64,000 bases of DNA from NCBI GenBank assembly GCA_902780195.1, contig CACZER010000001.1, forward strand, positions 24,626-88,625, read 5' to 3'. This DNA comes from an uncultured Bacteroidia bacterium. GTDB taxonomy: Bacteria; Bacteroidota; Bacteroidia; Bacteroidales; F082. A model generated the notes under the pieces. That model was not told the origin of the DNA. It saw only the letters and a program-made list of their open reading frames with translations, and searched no databases. Positions 53,234 to 61,229 of this stretch are shown one piece after another. Position 1 is the first letter of the stretch. Each line of letters opens with the position of its first letter. The position numbers and the translations under genes were made by a program.

Positions 53234-56200
53234 ATGAAAAAGAAAGTATTTTCTTTGATGATGACGCTTGTGCTTGCCTTTATGGGCATGTTACAAGCTC
53301 AAACCCAAACCACATTGTCCTTTGGGTTCGAGGATGGCTCTCTGCCGTCTGGTTGGACTAAAGAGGGCCCTGGTTCATGGGTTGTGACAAGTGGAGATCA
53401 CTCCACCAGCACTGGTACCCACACCGGTACTTACAATGCACTGTGTGATCACAGTACTTCAGGTGTGATTACCTATCTTGTCACTGACGCAATGGATTTT
53501 AGCGGGGTGACTGAAGGTACCATCAATTGTTGGTTCATTAACCGTTCATGGGCGGGTGACACCGATGAATTTGGTGTTTACTACCGCGTGAACAATGGTT
53601 CGTGGAATGAACTTTATAACACAAGTTCAGCTCACTCATCATGGTCCGAAATGGGTGAAATTGCCCTTACAGGATTTGCGGCCAACTATCAGATTGGCTT
53701 CAAGATGAAAGACAATTATGGTTATGGCGTCGGTCTTGACGACATCACTATTACTACAACTGCTGGCGGCGACGAGCCTGGTGGCGACGAGCCCGACGAG
53801 CCTGGTTATGTCTACACCGACGGCCTGCACGTCATGAGCGCCGACGGCACCATCGACACCGTGAAGGTGGGCAGCCGCCCGCTGGGTGCTTGGATGGCCC
53901 CCTATGTGTTCAAGATGTACAATGAAAGCGACGATGACTACACTATTACTGTGCTTGACTTCACGCCTAATGATGGTCTTTTCGAGAACCTGACCGAGGT
54001 TCCGTTTGAACTGGCTGCTGGCGACACCACCAACATCTCTATCGATGTGAATGCCACCGCTGCTGGTACCGTCGAGCGCCAGTTTGTGGCTATCTACCAC
54101 GGCACCCGTGAGGCCCACATCTGGCCCATCATCGCTGAACTCTATACCCCCATCTGCCCTGACGTGGTCGAAGTGGCTTACGAACTCAACGATGGCGAGG
54201 CTATCGAACCTGGCTTCACTTGGAAGGAATTCATGTCCACCATCTGGGCTGGCGAAGATACGATGGACCTCCACAACGACTACACGCTGCCTTATCCCGA
54301 GATTCCGGAAGGCAAGGACGCTGTGATGAAGTTCACGCTTGACAAGGCCATGATGCTGAGCGCCAAGGTTTCGACCGGCGAAAACGGCAAGGTCGCCCTC
54401 TACACCGAGGACTTTAACGGTGAAGATGGCCCGATGGCTGACAACATCTACACTGGCACCGGATTCAATGGTGGCGGCGGAAGCAGCGCTGGCGGCGAAC
54501 TCACCGTGCACGATGGTGAAATCACCAATAGTTATGTTCCAGTTTATGGCTTTAATGCTGACAATTGCTTAAAAGCTGAGATGGTTTATTCTGCTGCCGA
54601 ATTGAGCGACATGAGCGGAAAGAACATCAACAGTATGAAGTTCTACCTTCAGCAGACAGCTAGCCAGGGTAACCCTTGGACAGGTCCGTTCCAAGTGTTT
54701 ATGAAAGAAGTGGCTGGCACCACGATTTCCAGTTTTGAAGGTCTTTCTGGAGCTACCATTGTTTATGAAGGTGCTATCGACGGTACTACCTCAGAGGTGA
54801 CCCTTAATTTCACCACGCCTTATCATTATAATGGAGGCAATTTGCTTGTTGGCGTATATCAGACAACTTATCATTCAATGGTTGGATGGGGTTCTGCTTA
54901 CTTCTATGGAGAAACCATCAGTGGCGCTAGTATTAATGGTTATGGCTCTTCTCTTGAAGGCATCACCAGTCCCACGCAGCGCAACTTCTTGCCCAAGACG
55001 ACCTTTGCCTATGGCAACAGAAGCTTTGACCGCGTCCTTGACGAAAACATCCTTGCCAAGATGGCAGCCGATCCTACCATCGAGCGTTGCGGCAATTCCA
55101 CCAACGTTTCCATGGGTGGTAACCGCGCTCCTTGGGACTTGGTTGCTTCGTTTACTGGTTCTTCTGCCGGTCAGCAGGCTATTGCTACCGACGGTAACTA
55201 CATCTACACCGCTAGCTGGCAAGCTACTCCTGCTGGTGGCTACACCTTCTATCAATATGATTTGACGGGAACCTTCATTGAAGGTTTCAACATTGCTGGT
55301 GCCACTGGCATTCGCGATCTGAGCTATGACGGTCAGTATTTCTATGGTTCTTCTGGAGGTGCCAATATCTTCAAACTTGACATGACCAATAGGACTTTGG
55401 TTGGCACAATTACATGCACGGGCGCTGTTTCGCGCCACTGCTCCTATGACCCTGTCCGTAATGGTTTATGGGTGGGTAACTGGTCGACTTTGGCACTTTA
55501 TGACATGAATGGAACTTTGATCCAAAACGGTCCTGCTCCGACTAGCGCCTATGGTTCTGCCTATTTCAAGGACGAGAATGACGTTGAACACTTGTATCTG
55601 TTCTGCCAGAATCCCTCTTCTACTGCCCATGTTTTTGATTATAACATTACTGATAACACGCTTGGCACTTCACCTCTGTTTAGCTTCACTGACAATCTTC
55701 CTGGTTGCTTGGGTAGTGCTGGTGGTGCTTTTGTTGCCGACTTTGCAGGAAAGACCTGTTTCTTTGGTAATGTGCAACAAGATCCGAACCTTATAGGCAT
55801 CTATGAGCTTATTGAAGCTCCTGTTGATCCTGAACCAGAACCAGATGAGCCTGTTGCTGGTGTCGGTCCTGAAATCGACAGTTTGAACGTGCTGCCTGGT
55901 ACCTACTACCTGGTCGCTTCCTCCACAGATGACGACTTCGAGGTGGAAATCAACATTGACGAACTGCCTTGTCCCGAACAGGCTGTGGCCGTTTATCCTG
56001 CCGACAACGCCGACGGTATCGAGCCTGCCAGCGTGACCCTGAAGTGGCAACTCAGTCCCTACTGCACCGAGTACCGCCTCGTGTTCAGCAGCACATACTG
56101 GCCGGATGATGAGCCGAACAACCCGTTCACCATCATGACCGAATGGAGCAGCAACCTTGCTGAGGAGTACACCGTCACCAACTTGTTCAACAACACCAAC

Positions 56201-59200
56201 TACTTCTGGCGTATTGACCAGCGCACCAATGGTGGCGAGGAAGAAGGTGGTTGCACTGTGACTGGCGAAGTGTTTGGCTTCACCACCCACCTCAACATTC
56301 CTCACCAGCTGACTGCCACACCCGACGAAATCTTCGTTGGCGAGACCGTCACCTTGAACTGGACTGCGGTTGTCGACCGTACTTATCGTCAATACTTCAT
56401 CTACAAGGATGGCGTGAAGATCGGTGAGACCACTCCCAACCAGATCAACCAGAACAGCTTCGTGGTTCCCGCTACTGAACTTGCTTACAACATGCAAGGT
56501 TATGTCTTCAACGTGACCGCTGTTTACGACGAAGGCGAATCCGACTTCTCGAACGACGCCATCGTGAAGGTGAGCGGCTACAGCAACACCACTGGCATCA
56601 ACGGCCATGCTTACGAGCAGGACGGCGAAACCCCGATTGCTGACGTCACTGTCACCATCACTGGCACTGACGAGTTCAACAACTCGCACACCTACACCGC
56701 CACGACCGATGAAAATGGTTACTACCATGTTCAGGTCTACGTTGGCCACTACACCATGGCTATCGCTAACAAGGATGGTTACCAAGAAACGGTTACCAAC
56801 CATGTGCTGCCCTTCGACGTGGCTCTCAATGGCCAGGTTGACAATGTTGACTTTATCATGGATGAAGTGTTCTACGCTCCTTCACACGTTTGCGCCGAAC
56901 TCGTCAATGTTGGCGAGGTTGACGAACTCGTGAAGGTTTGGTGGGACTTCGGCGGCGGCTCCGGCGCCAGCGGTGAACTCACCGTGTTCGATGGCACTGC
57001 CACTGAAAGCCATGTGCCGATTTACGGCTTCGATGCCGACTATTGCCTGAAGAGCGAAATGATCATGCCTGCTGCTGACCTTGCCCCGATGACGGGTTCT
57101 GACATCAACAGCATGAAGTGGTACATCACGTCGCCTTCCACTCAATCTGGCGCTTGGGATGGTCCTTTCACCATCTTCATGAAGGAAGTTTCCGGCACCA
57201 CGCTGAGCAGCTACCAAGGTATGGATGGCGCTACCATCGTTTACCAAGGCGCAATCGATGCTCACACCACTGCTGAACCTTATATTGAATTCACGACTCC
57301 TTACCGCTACAATGGCGGCAACCTGCTGATTGGCGTTTACAAGGATGTCTATCAGTCGTTGCAAGGTTGGGGCTCGGCTACCTTCATGGGAGAGACCCAT
57401 ACGGGCGCTTCCATCTGGGGCTATGGTCAAACCAGCAATGGCATCACTGCTACGCAGGCCAACTTCTTGCCCAAGACCACCTTCGTTTATGGCAACCGTG
57501 AGAACAGAGAGGTCGCTATGAATCGCAGCCTCCACCACTACAACATCTATCGTACCGACTGCTACAACGATGGTCCTTACACGGATGAAAACACGCTTCT
57601 GCTTGCCACCGCATGGGTGCCCGATACCGCTTACATCGACGTGAGCTGGCCGGAAGCTGAACCTGGTGTTTACAAGTGGGGCGTCAGCGCTGTCTACCAA
57701 GGCAACCGCGTTGAATATCCCGCTGAGCCTCGCGAAAGCGACATCGTTTGGCATACCGACTGCGCTCCTTGCATCGACAAGGATATGGAAACCCAAGTCA
57801 CGGTTAACGTGCTGCTCAACAGCGCCGACAGCCCAGAGGGCACGGTGGTGAGCTTCACCAACCTGAACGAACTTGAACAGCAAGCTCATCCGCAACCTTC
57901 CGTCACTTTGGATGAAAGCGGCTTCTATGCTTTCGAAAACTTCCGTAAGGGCGATTATCAAGTGAAAGTTGAGCATCTTGGCTATGAGAGCATCATCGAC
58001 GAGCCTGTGAGCATTTGGGAGCCCACCGACCTCCGTTACGTGATGATCGAAATCCATTTCCCGATTCAGAACATCTATGTCAGCCGTACTGGTTGGGCCA
58101 TGTGGGACGAACCCGACATGTCGGGCACTACGCCTAGCGGTGGCAACACCATTATCGACTTTGAGACTGGTGACTTCAGCCAATACACATTCGACAACAC
58201 CATCTCCAGCTATCCTTGGACGGTCGTTCAAGAAGGCAATGACGGCTACTGCATGAAGAGCGCCAACGCTGGTGTTGCCAGCAGCACTTCAGCTATCGAG
58301 GCTTCGAAGAACTTCGGCTCCGATGGCATGGTCAGCTTCGATGCCCTGTGCCAAGGTGAAGGTACTTCCACACACTGGGATAAGTGCCAATTCTTCATCG
58401 ACGGTGTCGAAATGATAAACCACGGTGCTGAGGTTTCAGGCTGGAACAATTACAGCTATCCTGTTACTGCCGGTGAACACACCTTCAAGTGGTCATACAC
58501 CAAAGATGGTAGTGTCAACCCGACAGGCGACTGCTTCAAGGTCGACAATATCAGCTTTACCATTGGTCGCGAGAGCAATGAAGAGCGTCATCTTGAATAT
58601 TATAAGGTGTTGTGCACCAGCATCGACGGTGTGCCGATCTACAACCACAACACGGTGCATCCGTTCTGCCAGCTGTCAACCAACGAACCTTACAATGCAC
58701 CTCTCGTAGAGGGCGAGCATTACCTCTGCAAGGTCGCTGTGATGTACAGCACAGGTATGAGCGAATGGAGCGAACCCGTTGAATGGGAGTATGAGCCTTG
58801 CGATCACTGGGGACCTGTTGACGAAGTCACTGAAAACACGACCACCCAAGGTAACCACATTGAGTGGGTGTTTGAACATGGCTTCAACCCGTACGGTGGC
58901 GACACCCCGACTCCGGATCCGGAACCTGGTGAATCCTTCGAAGATGACTTCGAGGCTGGTAACCTGAGCAACTGGACGACCCTCGATGCCGATAACGACG
59001 GTGACACTTGGCAGATTGCCACACCTGCTGCTTACGGTATCGGCGATGCCCATAGTGGCACTTACTGCGCCAGCTCTTGGTCATGGAACAACTACAGCAT
59101 GGATCCTGACAACTGGATGATTTCACCTGAGGTTGCTGGTGCTACAAGCATTAGCTACTTCGTTGCTACCAACACCGCATATCCGGATCACTATGCGATC

Positions 59201-61084
59201 ATGGCTTCTTCTACTGGAACCAATGCAAGTGACTTTACGATGGTGTTCGAAGAAGATGCTCCTGCCTCCAAGGGCGTTGCCGCCAATGGTGTCAAGTCTT
59301 CGACGACTCATGCTGGTGACCGTGCAATGAGTTCATGGAATGCCAGAACGGTTGACCTGCCTGCTGGTACCAAGTATGTGGCCTTCCGTCACTACAACAG
59401 CTATGACATGAACTACCTGTTCATCGATGACGTGACGATTGCCACCAGTGCCAAGGGTGGCTACAGCTTTGACAAGGGCGGCGAGTTCTACACGCAATAT
59501 GCCGATGAAGGCGTTCTGCTAAACTTCTTCGCTGAAGACAATGTCTACTTCAGATCCTTCTTCCTCTACACCCTCAGCAACGACAGCCGCTTCACAGTGA
59601 CTCCTGAAAATGAGTATGGCAAGTTCATTGTCAACCCGGCTTATGAGATGGATAACTTCATGGAGGAATTCGAAGACTTCTATGTGAATGCCGAAACCGA
59701 CTTCTCCTTGCTGAGCAAGGCTGACGTCACCAACCAGATGAGTGTGTGGAAGAGCTCCGTTGAAGCCTCTGACTACCTCTCAATCATGATGGATGTGTAT
59801 TCAGTCACTTCGAGGGCTGAGAATGACCATTGCTTGAGCTCTATGCCGTTCTGCACCTCAGAAGTGATAGAGTTTGAAGCCGCTTACCAAGGTGGTGCCA
59901 CTGGAGAGCCTGGTCCTGAATACGGTTGCCTCCTCAGCCAACCTTATCCTTCGTGGTATCATATGAGAATACATACTGCTGGTAAGTTTGTCATCCATAT
60001 GGAAGCCCACGATGCTTCTGGAGCCGGTCATGACATTGACTACTGCATCTGGGGACCGTTTAGCGATCCTTACGCACCTTGCGTAGCCGACCTGACTTGC
60101 GAAAAGATGGTCGACTGCAGCTACTCTACCGCTAGCGTTGAAGATGCTTATCTTGGTTATCCTATTTCGGAACACAACCACGGATCTTCCTCACTCGTTG
60201 ATGGTGATTGCGTTATTTCTAATAACAATCCGCCTCATGTGCCTGAAGTGGGTGAGTACTATATCCTCATGATCACAAACTACTCATCACAGCAACAAAC
60301 CATCTCCTTCACCAAGACTGAAGGTGAAGGTGAGACCGACTGCGATATTGTGACTCCTACCAATATCCTCGGCTTCTTGATCACCAAGGATGGTGAATAT
60401 CTTGCCTTCGCAGATGCTAACGTTCGCGAATACACCGATACCGATGAATTTGGCGAGCATGAATACTGCGTCCGCCCGATCTATCCTGGTGAAATGGTGC
60501 TGCCCGACCACAACTATGGCTGGTCAATGGGTTGCCCGGTCTGCGCAGAGCCCGAAGTTATTGAGGATTGCGCTCCTGTTGAGAACCTCAGTGGTTATTA
60601 CCTGAACTACAATGGTCAAGAAGGTCTTGCCATCGAATTCGACGAGCCTGAAGGTGCAACGCAACTTGCCTTCTACGCTGACGGTGAGCCAGCTGGCACT
60701 CTTGCTGCTACAGGTGGTCATCGTGCCATCTTCCTCAGCTTCGATGGGGAAGTTCCTGAGCACACCTTCGTCATCGGCATTGTGGCCATCCACGCTGACT
60801 GTGAGTCAGAAATGGTTGAGACCAGTATCTACTACGATGAGGTTCCTGAGAACAGCGCCGAGATTGCCCTGTTCCCGAACCCGACCAAGGACAACGTCAC
60901 CATCAAGGCTGCTGGCATGCGCCACATCACTGTGACAAGTGTCCTCGGCCAGGTGGTCTACGATGCTGAGGTTGACGACAACGAAGTGATCCTCAACATG
61001 TCGCAATACAATGCTGGCGTGTATATGGTTCGCGTTGTCACTGCCAACGGCGTCGGCACTCGCCGCGTGACCGTGGTCAGATAA
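53234..61084 (+). CDS. giant (2616 aa) multidomain T9SS-secreted surface protein (adhesin-like) with cleaved-adhesin/MAM-like modules and type-A CTD
   Basis: Has a signal peptide MKKKVFSLMMTLVLAFMGMLQAQ. An N-terminal jelly-roll-like module (nt 53303-53755) ends in GVGLDDITI, and a similar module lies at 58151-58564. A cleaved-adhesin-like module (58937-59443) has DADNDGDTW, DNWMISPEV and YVAFRHYNSYDMNYLFIDDVTI. There are Pro/Asp/Glu linkers, a carboxypeptidase-regulatory-like segment and two copies of a ~177-aa module. The C-terminal T9SS CTD (60845-61081) reads LFPNPTKDNVTI...GVYMVRVVTANGVGTRRVTVV. Confidence 0.85.
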   Translation: MKKKVFSLMMTLVLAFMGMLQAQTQTTLSFGFEDGSLPSGWTKEGPGSWVVTSGDHSTSTGTHTGTYNALCDHSTSGVITYLVTDAMDFSGVTEGTINCWFINRSWAGDTDEFGVYYRVNNGSWNELYNTSSAHSSWSEMGEIALTGFAANYQIGFKMKDNYGYGVGLDDITITTTAGGDEPGGDEPDEPGYVYTDGLHVMSADGTIDTVKVGSRPLGAWMAPYVFKMYNESDDDYTITVLDFTPNDGLFENLTEVPFELAAGDTTNISIDVNATAAGTVERQFVAIYHGTREAHIWPIIAELYTPICPDVVEVAYELNDGEAIEPGFTWKEFMSTIWAGEDTMDLHNDYTLPYPEIPEGKDAVMKFTLDKAMMLSAKVSTGENGKVALYTEDFNGEDGPMADNIYTGTGFNGGGGSSAGGELTVHDGEITNSYVPVYGFNADNCLKAEMVYSAAELSDMSGKNINSMKFYLQQTASQGNPWTGPFQVFMKEVAGTTISSFEGLSGATIVYEGAIDGTTSEVTLNFTTPYHYNGGNLLVGVYQTTYHSMVGWGSAYFYGETISGASINGYGSSLEGITSPTQRNFLPKTTFAYGNRSFDRVLDENILAKMAADPTIERCGNSTNVSMGGNRAPWDLVASFTGSSAGQQAIATDGNYIYTASWQATPAGGYTFYQYDLTGTFIEGFNIAGATGIRDLSYDGQYFYGSSGGANIFKLDMTNRTLVGTITCTGAVSRHCSYDPVRNGLWVGNWSTLALYDMNGTLIQNGPAPTSAYGSAYFKDENDVEHLYLFCQNPSSTAHVFDYNITDNTLGTSPLFSFTDNLPGCLGSAGGAFVADFAGKTCFFGNVQQDPNLIGIYELIEAPVDPEPEPDEPVAGVGPEIDSLNVLPGTYYLVASSTDDDFEVEINIDELPCPEQAVAVYPADNADGIEPASVTLKWQLSPYCTEYRLVFSSTYWPDDEPNNPFTIMTEWSSNLAEEYTVTNLFNNTNYFWRIDQRTNGGEEEGGCTVTGEVFGFTTHLNIPHQLTATPDEIFVGETVTLNWTAVVDRTYRQYFIYKDGVKIGETTPNQINQNSFVVPATELAYNMQGYVFNVTAVYDEGESDFSNDAIVKVSGYSNTTGINGHAYEQDGETPIADVTVTITGTDEFNNSHTYTATTDENGYYHVQVYVGHYTMAIANKDGYQETVTNHVLPFDVALNGQVDNVDFIMDEVFYAPSHVCAELVNVGEVDELVKVWWDFGGGSGASGELTVFDGTATESHVPIYGFDADYCLKSEMIMPAADLAPMTGSDINSMKWYITSPSTQSGAWDGPFTIFMKEVSGTTLSSYQGMDGATIVYQGAIDAHTTAEPYIEFTTPYRYNGGNLLIGVYKDVYQSLQGWGSATFMGETHTGASIWGYGQTSNGITATQANFLPKTTFVYGNRENREVAMNRSLHHYNIYRTDCYNDGPYTDENTLLLATAWVPDTAYIDVSWPEAEPGVYKWGVSAVYQGNRVEYPAEPRESDIVWHTDCAPCIDKDMETQVTVNVLLNSADSPEGTVVSFTNLNELEQQAHPQPSVTLDESGFYAFENFRKGDYQVKVEHLGYESIIDEPVSIWEPTDLRYVMIEIHFPIQNIYVSRTGWAMWDEPDMSGTTPSGGNTIIDFETGDFSQYTFDNTISSYPWTVVQEGNDGYCMKSANAGVASSTSAIEASKNFGSDGMVSFDALCQGEGTSTHWDKCQFFIDGVEMINHGAEVSGWNNYSYPVTAGEHTFKWSYTKDGSVNPTGDCFKVDNISFTIGRESNEERHLEYYKVLCTSIDGVPIYNHNTVHPFCQLSTNEPYNAPLVEGEHYLCKVAVMYSTGMSEWSEPVEWEYEPCDHWGPVDEVTENTTTQGNHIEWVFEHGFNPYGGDTPTPDPEPGESFEDDFEAGNLSNWTTLDADNDGDTWQIATPAAYGIGDAHSGTYCASSWSWNNYSMDPDNWMISPEVAGATSISYFVATNTAYPDHYAIMASSTGTNASDFTMVFEEDAPASKGVAANGVKSSTTHAGDRAMSSWNARTVDLPAGTKYVAFRHYNSYDMNYLFIDDVTIATSAKGGYSFDKGGEFYTQYADEGVLLNFFAEDNVYFRSFFLYTLSNDSRFTVTPENEYGKFIVNPAYEMDNFMEEFEDFYVNAETDFSLLSKADVTNQMSVWKSSVEASDYLSIMMDVYSVTSRAENDHCLSSMPFCTSEVIEFEAAYQGGATGEPGPEYGCLLSQPYPSWYHMRIHTAGKFVIHMEAHDASGAGHDIDYCIWGPFSDPYAPCVADLTCEKMVDCSYSTASVEDAYLGYPISEHNHGSSSLVDGDCVISNNNPPHVPEVGEYYILMITNYSSQQQTISFTKTEGEGETDCDIVTPTNILGFLITKDGEYLAFADANVREYTDTDEFGEHEYCVRPIYPGEMVLPDHNYGWSMGCPVCAEPEVIEDCAPVENLSGYYLNYNGQEGLAIEFDEPEGATQLAFYADGEPAGTLAATGGHRAIFLSFDGEVPEHTFVIGIVAIHADCESEMVETSIYYDEVPENSAEIALFPNPTKDNVTIKAAGMRHITVTSVLGQVVYDAEVDDNEVILNMSQYNAGVYMVRVVTANGVGTRRVTVVR
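54491..55021 (+). repeat. intragenic repeat module copy 1 (aa 423-599 of the ORF-track protein)
   Basis: GGELTVHDGEITNSYVPVYGFNADNCLKAEM...INSMKFY...GPFQVFMKEVAGTT...GATIVYEGAID...TTPYHYNGGNLLVGVY...GWGSAYFYGE...NFLPKTTFAYGNR. Confidence 0.85.
56969..57499 (+). repeat. intragenic repeat module copy 2 (aa 1249-1425)
   Basis: SGELTVFDGTATESHVPIYGFDADYCLKSEM...INSMKWY...GPFTIFMKEVSGTT...GATIVYQGAID...TTPYRYNGGNLLIGVY...GWGSATFMGE...NFLPKTTFVYGNR. It is colinear with copy 1. Confidence 0.85.
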
Positions 61085-61095
61085 GACTGTATGCA

Positions 61096-61124
61096 TGTAG
61101 AGACGCATTCGTTGCGTCTCTACA
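61096..61124 (+). repeat. GTAGAGACG-family hairpin (copy 2 of 3)
   Basis: TGTAGAGACGCA-TTCGT-TGCGTCTCTACA starts 12 nt after the giant gene's stop codon. Confidence 0.75.
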
Positions 61125-61135
61125 GACCTAAGAAA

Positions 61136-61166
61136 GGCGGCCCCCTCACGGGGCCGCCTTTTTTTT
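61136..61166 (+). terminator. canonical rho-independent terminator
   Basis: GGCGGCCCC-CTCAC-GGGGCCGCC followed by T8. Confidence 0.85.
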
Positions 61167-61186
61167 GTTTCTAAAGGAAAAAACCT

Positions 61187-61194
61187 TATCTTTG
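61187..61194 (+). promoter_or_regulatory. -7 promoter box (TATCTTTG)
   Basis: Matches TAnnTTTG, 35 nt upstream of the ATG at 61230. Confidence 0.5.
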
Positions 61195-61229
61195 CAGCAA
61201 AATAAAACAGTAAACAATACCTTATTAAT

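Noticed and set aside
53639-58231. Three long minus-strand ORFs (53639-54511, 55670-56803, 56882-58231) inside the giant gene.
   Set aside because: They are antisense shadows with Val/Gly/His/Ala-rich low-complexity translations. The plus-strand frame is continuous for 2619 codons, with a signal peptide at one end and a T9SS CTD at the other.
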